A DNA stretch of 64,000 bases. Source: Paraspadella gotoi (Eukaryota; Animalia; Chaetognatha). The notes beneath the pieces were generated by a model. It was not told the origin of the DNA. It was given only the letters and a program-made list of their open reading frames with translations, and did no database searches. Shown here one piece after another: positions 1 to 12,222 of this stretch. A program made the translations under genes and the position numbers. How positions within the stretch are numbered: the first letter of the stretch is position 1; every line of letters begins with the position of its first letter. Where the stretch lies: assembly GCA_051294375.1 (NCBI GenBank), contig CM119266.1, forward strand, positions 10,720,995-10,784,994, in the 5' to 3' direction.

Positions 1-204
1 GTAGTTTTACCTGATCTTGAACAACACGAGGCATATTAAATAAATAAAAAAAAAATATTTTTAAAATAGTGAACAATTTTTTTATTTAAAAAATCTGAAG
101 ATAAAATTTAAAAGAGCTTTAATCCGGTCCACGTCGAATGTTGAAATACTTTTCCTGTTAAATTGAGACGGCCTCACCTCCGGTTCGACATGAACGATTC
201 TAAA

Positions 205-615
205 ATTCTTTCACTTCCGGTTAAGCCTTAACTCAAGGTACAGTCATCATTTCTTTGAGCGCGAAGAGGGTGGCGCGTCCCACTACTGTCCGAACTCTTA
301 AATTTAAAAATCAAATGATTGTTAGATTTTATTTAAATATTAGATTGCCTTGTTTAAATGTGACTTAATAATGTTCTGTTAAGCTCATATAAATACATTT
401 TGAAATGAAATATTTGATTTAATATTTCAAAAGTATTGGAAAAGGAGCATCTGTAATGTTTACTCTCTCAAAAGAGCGGATTTTCTGTCGTTATCAAAGA
501 GAAAATTCATATTTTTGGCTGAAAAGAAATCCTGAAAGTGACGTCATGAAGTTTTGCATGTTCTACTACTATTTGAGGTCATCGTTTCCGACAGCTGATT
601 TTTAACCGGAAAGTT
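205..615 (+). promoter_or_regulatory. Possible promoter-proximal region of EPC
   Basis: ETS-like CACTTCCGG at 212-220, CRE palindrome TGACGTCA at 539-546, donor-like AAG|GTACAG at 238, and an acceptor TTCCAG at 2775-2780 just upstream of the ATG, suggesting a 5' UTR intron. Motif evidence only. Confidence 0.3.
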
Positions 616-865
616 CTTTTCATTTAATTTATATTCTTATGCTTGACAGTCCCTCACCCTTGTCTACCTATGGTTACAAGCTAACTTAATTTTGTCTCTC
701 GTTTTCGTTCAAATTATAGAGTTAAAAATTAGTTGCTTCAAAGTTAAATCTTTATTTTATTGACAATTAGCAGAAACTCAGCGGTGCAGAAAATTGGGGG
801 AAGAGACGGTAGGAAAGAAAAATCTAAGACGGAAAAACGATTTTGCCATATCTTTTTGATAGTAT

Positions 866-1480
866 TTTTTTAGTCGGATCTGCTTATCAGCAGATTCCAA
901 CTCTATAATTCACTTTGTCGGTCCGTCGGTCCACCCCCAAAATCTTGTTGGTAAATCATTTTTATCATATCAGAACATCGAATTATGATAAATTATGCAA
1001 AAAAAATGTCCGTCCCCCCTTAGCATTAAACTCCAATTACTCGAGATTGGATGGATGGATTGGAATGAAATTTTGTGTTTGGGTGGGAAAGTGTGTGATT
1101 GAGTTGTTTAACTAATTGATTATGCTTCTTTTTTATATTAAATGTAAATATAACATGTATTAATTAATTAAATAATTAATCAGTCAATTAATCAATAATT
1201 AATTAATTACTCAATCAATTAATTATTCAATTATTTAAATTTATTTATCAATTAATTAATTAATTATTTAATCAATCAATCAATCAAGTCAATCGTCATC
1301 AGCATTATTGTCATCGTCGCTATCGTCGTCGTCGTTTCTTTTGTCGTGGTCAGTGACAAAAAGACCTAAAAAAAAATTTCTGTTCAAATTGATTAATTAA
1401 TTAATTGCCTAATTAATTAACTTGAATTAATTAATGCTAATGATCGTGGGCAGATCCGACATTATTTGCTAAAACTTGTT
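866..1480 (+). mobile_element. Helentron-associated non-autonomous element (HINE/DINE-1-like), family A copy 1
   Basis: T-run, then subterminal repeat GTCGGATCTGC with adjacent partial inverted copy GCAGATTCCAAC, a GTCC/GTCG microsatellite, a 3' inverted copy GCAGATCCGAC (1450-1460) and a CTTGTT end. Three further copies in the window. Confidence 0.75.
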
Positions 1481-2841
1481 AATTATAAAATTAATTGCCA
1501 ATTCCACAAAGCAGTTTTTCTCTACCAGTGACATTGAAAAGAAGTTTAGTTTCATAATAATACTTGGGTTCAGTCAAGAAATTTAAGTGCGAATTAATAT
1601 CTTTTTCTGCTCGCACTGTTTGTTTATGAATTATTGCAACCAATGATTCTTTAAGCTTTTTTATATGAAAATTTGCAAATTACTTGTTTCACTATTTTCT
1701 ACTTTTATATTTTATGAAGGATTTAGTATTTAATCTTATTATTTAATCAAATATACATTGCTTTCTTTCTTAAAAATGTTTTATTTATCTAATAATTCAA
1801 TTTGGGAAGGGGAAGTCAGTGTTGTCTTCTGGAAATAGTTTTCTAATAGATATCACACATCATTTCTGTTAGAAAGTCATTAATGAAAAATCATAATATC
1901 TAAGAGGCTGAACAGAAAGGGGTGGGAATGGATAATTTTTTGAGGGGTGACCAAAGTTATATATGATTTTTTTTACCAATAGGGATAAGATTACCATGTA
2001 GAATTGTATGTTCTGATAGGGATACATACCGGGGAAAGGTCTATAGGGGCACCTTTATGTCATGAATATAATTTTAAAATTATATTTTTTCTTTATTCTA
2101 CTTTTTAATTATTTCTTTTTTGAATATTTTTTATCTTTTATTTTTATACAATCGGAAGGTCATCAATTTTAAGGTAATTATTTGTTTAAAATGAAATAAT
2201 GAATAACTAAAAATTAATGAATAAATTACTTGATCTCTTGTGTCAGATATTGTTTTTTAATAATGCTTAAGTAAAATTAAAATTATATATTGTTCAAAAT
2301 GGTTGTGCCAATTTCCTAAAATTGATACAACAATATAATAATTATCCATTCATTTTACAAATCAGCTATTTTACCCCCGACAGTTCATATAATTGTATTC
2401 TTGTAAAATTATAAATAAAAAAAATTATCTTAATTTAAAAAACTATGAAGCCGATTATAAATTTTCGAAATTAAATTCTTTTTTGTCATTATTCATTTAC
2501 AATATTTTGAAAGTCTTTCAGATTGCTAATGATTCTATTTGAATCTTTTCTTTGTACAGCTGCGCCTCCTATAAAACATGCGGGCGAGTCTCTCTGCATG
2601 CATCCTGGGATAGATTCGTCATTCCGCCATCTTGGATTCCGAAATGAAAGCTCCTGTCAAGGAACGAAAAAATTCATTGTAAAACCCTTAACCCCCATTT
2701 TAACTCATAAGGAATTGAACTATTATACAATGATATCGATGAACTATTGGGTTGAGTGAAAAAATTCCTTTGGTTTCCAGTTTTTTACTGGCCAAGGGGG
2801 TTTAGTTGGCAAATGCAGCAGGGCTGCAGTCGTCACGTCCC

Positions 2842-5800
2842 ATGATGACGACCAAGCTCTCGTTCCGGGCACGGGCGTTGGACGCCGTAAAACCCATGCC
2901 CATATATATACAGGAAGATGTCCCAGACCTTAAGGAACTGGCTACCATCAACAGAACTGTGCCAGAAATGCCAACAGGAATGGAAAAGGAAGAGGAGACG
3001 GTAAACATTTAATTTGTCGCGAAGTTTGTTGTAACCGGGTCCCTCAGTTTGTGTTGGGAATGATTTTGGGGCATAATCGTTCGAAAACTGTTACTCCTAG
3101 AAAATAAGTAAAAACATTTTTGTAATTTAAAAAAAAGTAATGTAGTGACAATATAGTAGATAATCTTTTCTTCACATGTCGTATTACTTTGTGCAAGACA
3201 AGATGATCACTTATATGGAGGACCCTGTACAAGCCTCTTAAATAGCCCGAGAAACAGTTTTTTCATATAATTGTGCATGTTTCTTTACAATTTTATGTTT
3301 ACTGAAAAAAGTTTATTTATATTGAGGCGACTTACCACTTACCTTTTGATTGTTGAATTTCTATTATACAGCTATCATAAGTTATCATTTTATAATTTAG
3401 TTTTTAATCGTATTTTTTAAAAAAAATTTACAGGAACATCATTTGCAGCGAGCCATTATTGCTCAACAGTGCTATGGAACTGCGACTGCCTTGGTCATCC
3501 CAACTCCAGAGGTTTCTTGTGCAATGGCAAATTACGAAAGTCTGTACGAAAAAGATTTTAAAACTCCGAAGCAGCTTATCCATGTACAGGTTTGATTCAA
3601 AATTCAATAAAAACGAGTCAGTTTGGAAGCAATACTAATATTAAAATGGTTCCAGGCCTTAAACTTGTTGGAACAAGAATATCCCGACTATGATATGGAT
3701 GAAGAGGATGAAGCTTGGCTTGCGCAGCAGCAAGAGAAACTCAACGCTCGAACGGGTCAAGATAGCGCCGTCTCCTTGTCGCGGGAAAAGTTCGAAGAAA
3801 TGATGGACCGTCTCGAAAAGGGTTCCGGGCATCAAGTCCTTCAGGCATTCATCGAAATTTTGTGTTTTTATTGAAGGAAGAATAAGATTTTTCTTGAATA
3901 ACCCGTGATTCTTTTTACCTTTAGTTGCGTGACGCCAAGGTCCTGTTAAAGGAGGACGACGATCTCATCACGGCAGTTTACGAGTATTGGCTCAAGAAGC
4001 GACAGTCGACGTCCATCCCTCTCCTGCCATCCATCAAATCTGAGAAACGCGACGGCTCTACCACCAACAACCCATACGTTGCCTTCAGGTTCGCGGAGCC
4101 TCTTATATCCGGCTAATCTGATGATTTGTATCTGTGTAATAATGAAAAAAAACAAAACAAATACATACATAAATAAATAATTAGAATAAATTTAAATAAA
4201 AATCTTTTATTTAAAACTCAAAGGCGACGGACAGAAAAAATGCAAACTAGGAAAAACCGAAAAAACGACGAAACCTCCTACGAAAAAATGTTTAAAATGG
4301 GTTTCGAGCTTAAACGAGCCTTGAGCATTTTAGAGATGGTCAAGAAACGAGAAAAGTGCAAGAAGGAGCTGTTGCAACTCACCATCGAAATATTTGAGAA
4401 ACGTTACCAGGTATAACGGATTCTCGGTCCAACTTTTTTAGCGCAGTATCGAATGTGGCTTTGGGTTTTAACGCCCTCGGTTATCTTCGAGCAGTTACAA
4501 GACTTCGACGGCTCCATTCTCAAGGACGTCAAGCAGTTGGCATGCCAGTCTACCTCGTCCAGCGTTTACCCGACGCAGAATCCCTCCATCGACTTCGCAC
4601 AATATTTTAAAGGAGTCACCCCGGCGTCATGGGTCGAACCTACGTTGCCGAGACAAGTAAATAGTCTTAGATGTTAGCAGTATGTATTAAAATGTAGACG
4701 ACTTGGCTTAGTTTTGTTAGTGAAAATCACCTAGTAGTATAGCATTTCTCTTTTTCTTATATTTGTATTGTTTGGTTAAAGGATTTAAACATCATATTGT
4801 GGACATTACCGAATTAATTTAATAATAAAGAAGATATGGATATAAAAACTTCGTAATCAAAAGATTAAAATATATTTTTTTAAATTTTATTTGTTTATTT
4901 ATTGCAAACGTCCCTCGTTTCTTTACCATCGACAAAGAAGAATTTTAACAATTTTATCCACAAAATTCCATCACTTTCTAAGGAGAGTCGAAAACGTCCT
5001 GGCAAAAGGAACAAACGAAAGAAGCTCGTGGGTCAAATGGGCTTGGAGTCTCAGGGAGCGACGCCGCTGGAGGCTTTGGGACTTGTCAACCCTATCGGCC
5101 TCTGCGTCGCCAACGACGGTGCTACATCGGGTATGACTGCCGGAAACAGGGCGTTGTCGCCGCTCGGATCCGGAGCCGACAGTCCTCATCTCGGTCCCGC
5201 CGGGGTCTACGACTTCGATGGGGCCAGCTCCGAGGAGGAAACCGCCTCGCCGGTAACGGTCTTTGTCGTTTTTTTTTTGTTTTTGTTTTTTTGCGTTTAA
5301 CGCGTTTTTTTAAACGATCCGGTTTTTTTCCAAGCTCCGTCGCGACTCGGACGTCGACGACGAAAGCGACGCTGACGGTCCCTTCGCCTTCAAACGCAAC
5401 AAAGATTGTCAGTATCTCGCGGTAAGTCTCCTACTCCCTCGTGGATGTGATCTTTTTTCTTTTCACGTCATTCATAGTTTTTTTCAGTTCACGATTAATT
5501 TCTCATTTCATTATCAATTTTTAGTCGGATCTGCTTATAAGCAGATCCCGACTCTATAATTCACTTTGTTGGTCCGCCCCCTCAATCTTGTCGGGCATTC
5601 ACATATATCATGTCAGAACATCGAAATAAGATAAATTATTCTTTTCATATTAAATGTAAATGTAAGATGTATTAATTATTAAATAATTAATCACTCAGAA
5701 CAAACATTTCGGATCAAATTAATTAAGTTAATTAATTAATAATTAATTAACTACGATAATGATCGTGGGCAGATCCGACGTTGTTTGCTCAAACTTGTTA

Positions 5801-8800
5801 TTACGTTACAATTATTCGCGAGGAAATTTAAATGTTTTTCGAATTTAAAACTATTTTAAGTTTCAAGTTGACATTTTCTCAACCCAATCCTCCTGACCCT
5901 CTTGTTATCCCAGCCGAAGTCGGACGGGTACGGGTTTCTGCCGTGGGAGTCAGACTCGCGCAACGAACCGTCTTCTTCTCTGCAATCTTCTCGTGTGGCA
6001 CCAGATTCTTCCGCGCCGAGCCTCCACCTTCTCACCGACCTCCGCTACCGCTACACATGCACGGCGATACGATCGCGTCATCATCCGTACAACCGGCGGC
6101 GAGGTTGGCGACGCCAGCCCGTCGCGGTCTCTGTCGACGAGCACGGCGTGGAACGCGAGCTGCGGTACTCGTGCGACCGCGTGGTGGGTTTTGCTCGCCG
6201 AAGACGAGGTCGGGGCGGGCGCAGCAACCTTGATCGAGGATGGACGCCCCTCGACGACGCGGGCTCCTGGAATCGAGTGCCGCCGGAGCGAACGGCGCTG
6301 AGCCCGACCGGCGAAGGAACGCCCTCTGTTTGGGATGCCGTCCCAGGGAACGAAGGGACGGAGGAGAAACTGAGAAACGGCCTTCCCTCAACCGACGAGC
6401 TAAAAGTGGTCGACGCTGAGGAATGGTGAGAGTCGGGATTCGGACGGGACGATATAAATATTCCTGTGGTCATTCAGGTCTTTTAAACACTATTTGCTTT
6501 TAGGACTTTCTTTCGGCCGGGCCCAAGGTCACCCACGTTAGGACAAGAAATCTTCGACAACGCCCCCTCGGAACATTCCTACTTTCGCTCATCCAGCGGC
6601 GGTTCCGGGCCCAAGTCGTCGGCGACGGCGGCTTTCGGTCCCGCGCCACCGCGCCAGACGGCCGAAGTTTTTGCCCGGCATAAGGAAGCGGTTCTGGCTA
6701 TGCAACGGACGCAGAGAGCCGCGTTGTTTTCGGGCATCGACGATCATTGCCGGTTTAACGACGAAGGCTCCCTCGCTAAGTTCTCGGACGTCTTCGCCGC
6801 GCAAACTCGCGAATTTTTCGCCTCCTTCTCCAACGAATCTACAAGTTTCGATTCGCGCTCGGGCGTCAAAGCCGCCACCGCCTCCTCGAGATTGCACAAC
6901 ACCAACGAAGGAACTTCCTCAAAGGGGCCGCCAGAGAGCGTGGTCCTTGATACGGGCTCCGTCGCCCGCGCCATTTCAGCTCTCAGCGTTCCCACCGGAG
7001 CGTCGAAGCCTGGGTTGGACGGCGCGGCATTGTTTCAGCACCACCCGTCGATCGCCTCCACGGCGTCCACGGGAAAAGTTTCCATCCATGGCGCAACGAC
7101 GACGACGACGACAACGACCACAACGACGGCTGTGAAACCCGCGGGAAACGCTCGCTCCGGTTTTATTGGTTTTCCCGCTGGATCGTCGTCCTCTTCTTCG
7201 TCTTCGCCCAGGCCTTCTCCGCTTCCATCCCCTTCGCAAATCGCATCCTCATCCTCCACCCCGACGCCGCCTCTCGTTCCTCCCTCCACCACCGCCTCGT
7301 TCGCTCCCGTTCCACAACAGCAACAACAACAGCAACACTCGATTTTGTTTCAAAATTCGACCGCGTTTATGCAACCGCAACTGCAGCAGCAACCAAGCGT
7401 CAACTTACCTAATCATCCCTCACTGTCGTCGTACAACTCGCCTCAAAACTTGTCTCAATTTTCCAATAATCATCAAGCGCAACAACATTTTCAGTCTCTG
7501 CATTCGTCCTCGACTTACAACCCTTCGCCGACGAAGACGGTCGCCCCCGCGGTCAACCATCACAACTCCATGGATAACAATACGGAACAGTCGCCGCACT
7601 CTTATTTACCCCAAGCATCCTACTCGCCCTCTGTGTCCCTTAAAAACATCCCACAAAAGCTTTCCGTCGTCAATCGGGTCTCGTCGCCGAGCGTTGTTCA
7701 ACTCGCCGCCGGCGTAGTGACTCCCAACATGACTCAAAACGCCGCTTCAGTTCCCAGTTCATCTCCCTGCCTCATCCAGGGCGTGTCGGCGATGACGCAG
7801 GCGAATCCCTTAGTGCCATCCCCCGTTCGCCCGGTCAATTCCATGACCTTGACCGGTGCTCAGTTCGGTCGGGCGTTGGCGAGCTACGGCGCCGGACGAT
7901 TAAAGGCTCCCAACGCCGTGGTGACGCCCGTTTCGCCCCACGCAGCGTCGATTCCGTCACGAAATCTGTTGGGACCCAACAATGTCGTCGCGGCCTCATC
8001 TCAAGCGCTCCTCAATTCGTTGATGCCGGCAACGGTCAACGTCCAAATCACCGGCGCCGGCGCCGCTGCCTCGGGAGCCACGACGATCTCGACCTCGAGC
8101 GGCGGGTCCAAGACGCCGATTGTGTCCACTGCCCCGGCGCCCACCTCCTCCATCCAGTTGTCTTTGTCCTCAACGCCGGCTATTGGAACGGCGGCAGTTT
8201 TGACCAACAGCAAATCGCAATCTGGTCAATTGACGTCGTTGGCGATACCTTTGGCTGGAGTCGCCGCTAACGCCACCCCTGTGGTCCAGCAACAACAACA
8301 GCGATTGTTGGCGGCGGAAATGACGCAAAGCCTCATCCACCAACAACTAAATCCCTCTTCTCTCGGGTTGCAACGGAGTCCGGGCCGATTGATCGGGCAA
8401 AGTGTCGCCGTTCCGATCTCCCTCCCTGTTTCGGCGAGTTCGGATTCGCAGTCGCCCTTTTCCGTCGGAACCGGGCAGATGACGATACCATGCACAGTGA
8501 TTTCCTCGTGCGGCGTGCCTCAGAGTTCCGACGCCACCGCGACCCGTTCGATCGGCCAAGCGTTATCCAATAAAATTTTCACTCCCGGCGCCGGCTCTTC
8601 TTTAACGTCGCTTCCCAACAAAGTCGTCCAGACGACGACGGTGTCGAGAAATCAAGGGGTCGTCATCTCCGGATCTTCTCCCGGATTCCCCTTTAAGACT
8701 GCGGGAACATTGAAGGGCGGCGTCCTGGTCATGGTTACGGAAGGCGGCAACGCTCCCGGCGTGGTCGACGGCGTCGCGACCACGGCGTCTTCGACGGCCA

Positions 8801-9114
8801 CGATCTCGGGATCCCTCGGAGCATCGTCGGCGAAAGCGGGGTCTTCGGCGGCCAGTCAAAGACAGCAGGCGAAGTCATTCATCAAACTCAGTAACAACGT
8901 CATACAACAGGCGTCGAGCGTCGGGATCGCGGGCGGAGCGACGGGGTCATCGTTGAACAACAAAATCGTCTCGTCGTCCTCGACCTCGTCCTCGCCGTCG
9001 CCCTCATCGTCTATTTCATCGTCTTCGTCCGTCTCAGGCTTGCCAAACCACCCCTCGGCCTCCCCCCACGTTGCGGCCGTGGCCGTTTCTTTGTTAAATG
9101 GTCCTTCGAAATGA
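2842..9114 (+). CDS. EPC1: Enhancer of polycomb homolog (EPC1/EPC2-like, NuA4/TIP60 subunit), 10 coding exons, about 1498 aa
   Basis: Exons read by hand: 2842-3000, 3434-3589, 3656-3844, 3925-4088, 4224-4410, 4495-4656, 4983-5252, 5335-5421, 5914-6425, 6504-9114 (4497 nt, frame closes on TGA). The translation has EPC hallmarks: KLSFRARALD, INRTVPEMPTGMEKEEE-EHHLQRAI, PDYDMDEEDE, FEEMMDRLEKGSG, NPYVAFRRRTEKMQTRKNRKNDE, DGPFAFKR, GFARRRRGRGGR, WTFFRP. All introns are GT-AG except intron 3 (probably GC-AG). The last exon is a long S/T/A/Q/P low-complexity tail. Confidence 0.96.
5518..5799 (+). mobile_element. HINE family A copy 2 (internally deleted) in EPC intron 8
   Basis: Same ends as copy 1: TTAGTCGGATCTGCTTATAAGCAGATCCCGACTCTATAATTCACTTTG ... 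GATCGTGGGCAGATCCGAC ... AAACTTGTT. Confidence 0.8.
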
Positions 9115-10241
9115 ATACTCAAGTTCCAATCGCGCGCCCCCTTTTTTCATGGGTTCGTCCTTTGGCGACTTTCGTAGTGTCTGTTGTACCTGTTTTTTTA
9201 AATTTTTTTTTTATCTCGTTTCATTGTTTGTAGCACGAATGAGTTTTTAGGTAATCAATTCTAACTCTGCTCTCTGTGGTTATAGTATTCTGTTGAACTT
9301 TCCCAGCCCTGGTTGTTTTGATGCAATGATGTATTGGTCAGGGATGTACATTTTCGTCGCCTCACTTAATTATTATTATACATAGACAAAATTATTTTGG
9401 ATTTTTTTTATAATTTTTAATTTTTATGTAAGCGCTAAAGTTCAAGCCCTGAAAGGGTCAAATTTATTTTATTTTTTGTAAAAATAAATTTAAAACTATT
9501 ATAAATCTATAATTAATTTCCTGTGACAATTGAATAAGTAAAAGAATCGATTAGGAGAAAATGTACAGCTCTGAAGATGTGGTTTGTAAGGCCAAATGGT
9601 ACGGATGGTGTTCATCTACCTCCCTCGGATCCTTGAAAATAAAAAGCGCTAATATTCTCTTAGTTACTTTGTGGTGTAATTTTGTTAAAGCTATGTCTGA
9701 AATTCATTATTATAACTATAAACCAATTAGTTTTTGTAGTTGTATTCAAAAAAAGTTGAAATTGTAATTATCGAAAAATGTACAACTTCAAATAAGGGTG
9801 GTTCTTTCTGTGTGACTGAGTTTAAAATGTAATACCAATCCGTACGAAAAGTCAGCCGCAAATGAAATCTACAGTAAAACGAATTAGAGTTTCAATTAGA
9901 ATGGCTTTTAAGCTCTACTGGAAAAAAATTAAAATGATTTTTATCTCGCCAGACAGGCAAATGCCCGACTTGGGCGAGATGTTAATTTGTTTGCTTTTTT
10001 AACCGTAATCGTTGTCGTCATATTGTTTTAACATTGAAAATAATATGTATAACCATAGGAAGCTGAAAATTTAGATATGGCTTTTCATCATTGAGGTCTT
10101 TTAAATTGTTATATTTTATATTTCTATAACAGGCTATACTCATTTGTTTGTTTTATTTATAAAATAATTTTTATATATATAGATGAGTTTAGCTCTGCAT
10201 CGGCTATTCATTTTTTTCTATTTCTATCTCTTTTAATTATA

Positions 10242-11165
10242 CATGGTAACAATTTTCAAGCGCCGGTAAAAAAATGCTGTCATTTATAAACCAGTGGTTA
10301 TTTCATTGATTTTAAAAATTAGTTGAGTAGAAAATATTAAAATAATTTATGTGTGTAAATTTTATATTGATCAGTTAAGATAGATATGCTTTGACAATGA
10401 GTGGAAAAAGTTGGCTTGCAAAATCGGATTTTATTTTCCAACTCACTTTTTTTAACTTTTAGCACTTTTTTAAAAGGATTTATTAAATTATTAACAATAT
10501 TATTATTCTCAGAAAGCCCTTAAAAAAATGAAGAGAATGATATTCTTACGAAAGCTCTAACATGAAAATTAAGCTGCCCAGCCTTGGTTCAATTAAAAGA
10601 TTCAAAAGTGAATTATGTAAAATTTTAAATCTTTTTTAAAATATATAACCTGTTTAAATTATTATAACATAAAATATTGTTTATATAATATATAAGTATC
10701 ATGAAAGAGCTTGAAAAAAGAAGATTTGATAAAAATCTTAAATTTACCCTCCAGTTATTAATTTTTGGAAAGATGTTTCATTTTTGAATATCCTAATTAA
10801 ATTAAAGCTGGGCCGGTTAAATTTTATACTACAGCATTTGTAAGTACATCATTTTATTTAGATTTGAAAGGGCTTTCAGAAGATAATATTATTAATATTA
10901 TTTTATTTCAAATTTCTTCAGAAAACTTACTGAAAGTACGGGAAAAAAATGGTATTTAAAAAAGTGAGTTGGAAAATGAAACCCGATTTAACAAGCCAAC
11001 TTTCTCCACTCATTGTCAAAGCATATCTTAACTGATCAATATAAAATTTGAACATATAAATTACTTTAATATTTTCTACTCAAATAATTTTTAAAATCAA
11101 TAAAATAATTATTGGTTTGCAAATGACAGCGTTTTTTTACCAGCGCTTGTAAAATTGTTACTATG
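10242..11165. mobile_element. Foldback MITE with long inverted arms, TA-flanked (Tc1/mariner-type target)
   Basis: Left end TA|CATGGTAACAATTTT and right end AAAATTGTTACTATG|TA. Inverted similarity continues for several hundred bp (e.g. GATATGCTTTGACAATGAGTGGA versus TCCACTCATTGTCAAAGCATATC). No coding capacity. Confidence 0.85.
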
Positions 11166-11282
11166 TATATCACTCTTTATTTTTTTTATCGCTTCGTTTA
11201 AAAATGAGTTTGTCTGCAACAGTTGTCCAGTTTCTCTATATCTTTTTCTTTCTTATTCATACACGCATTTATTTTTATTTAT

Positions 11283-11458
11283 AATGAATGATTATCATAG
11301 CATTAATGAATGATTATCATCGCATCAATGATTGATTATCATCGCATCAATGAATGATTATCATCGCATCAATGAATGATTATCATCGTATCAATGAATG
11401 ATTATCATAGGATCGATGAATGTTTATCATTGCATCAATGAATGATTATCATTGCATC
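11283..11458. repeat. 22-bp minisatellite (AATGAATGATTATCATCGCATC), about 8 copies
   Basis: Units directly visible; decays into ATCA/ATT simple repeats up to about 11680. Confidence 0.9.
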
Positions 11459-11682
11459 CGTTATTTGGTTATTATCGCATCAATCATTTGGTTATCTCTT
11501 CAATATTTGGTTATCATTATTTTAATATTTGGTTATCATCGCATTAATAATCAATTATTATATCAATCAATCATTTATTATTACATCAATTATTTATTAT
11601 TACATCAATCAATTAAATATTATTATATCAATCAATCAAATATTATTATATCAATCAATTATTATTACATCAATCAATTACT

Positions 11683-12222
11683 GGTTTTTTATATTTGCCA
11701 ACTAGGATTTTGCGGTCGGTTATTTTTTTTGCTTTTTATGAGCAATATATATAAAAATCTTTGTACGCAAAAATAAAAAAAACTTTTTATTACACTTTCT
11801 TAACCACCCCTAACCCTAACTACCCCTAATCCCTAACCAACCTTAACCCAATTGCAAACCGTTTAAATAATAAAAAAATTTAAAAAAATAGTTTTTTTTA
11901 TTAGTTTACATCCAACAAATTTTATTAAATATAAATTTCAGACATTTTTCGGCTTTAATGTAAACTTTCATCAGCGCAAAAACAAATTGATTTGTAAAAA
12001 AAATATTTTTACATACTTTGTGAAAAGAGACTTTGTAAAAAGAGAAAAAGAGAGAAAGAATCAGTAAAAATATTTTTTTTACAAATCAATTTGTTTTTGC
12101 ACTGATGAAGGCTTACATTGAAACTGAAACAAGTCCAAAATTTATTTTTTTATAAAACTTATATGAAGTACCGACCGGTGGTACTTAAGGTTAGTTGCGG
12201 ATGTTGTATAGTAAAGTTAACC
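11683..12222. mobile_element. MITE with degenerate telomere-like (CCCTAA) core, copy a
   Basis: GG...CC ends, internal TAACCCTAAC-type repeats at 11800-11850, homologous in reverse to 18300-18530. Flanked by CAATTACT at 11675-11682 and 12223-12230 (possible 8-bp target duplication, but inside a simple repeat). Confidence 0.6.
11933..12143. mobile_element. Degenerate Penelope-like inverted pLTR pair with two decayed hammerhead motifs
   Basis: Arms of about 80 bp (11933-12012 and 12064-12143) are inverted. + strand: CTGATGA-AGGCTTACATTGAAACT-GAAAC-AA-GTC at 12102-12135. - strand counterpart: CTGATGA-AAGTTTACATTAAAGCC-GAAAAATGTC. Confidence 0.6.

Noticed and set aside
11283-11458. CRISPR-like array
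   Set aside because: Contiguous 22-bp tandem units without unique spacers, in a eukaryotic genome.
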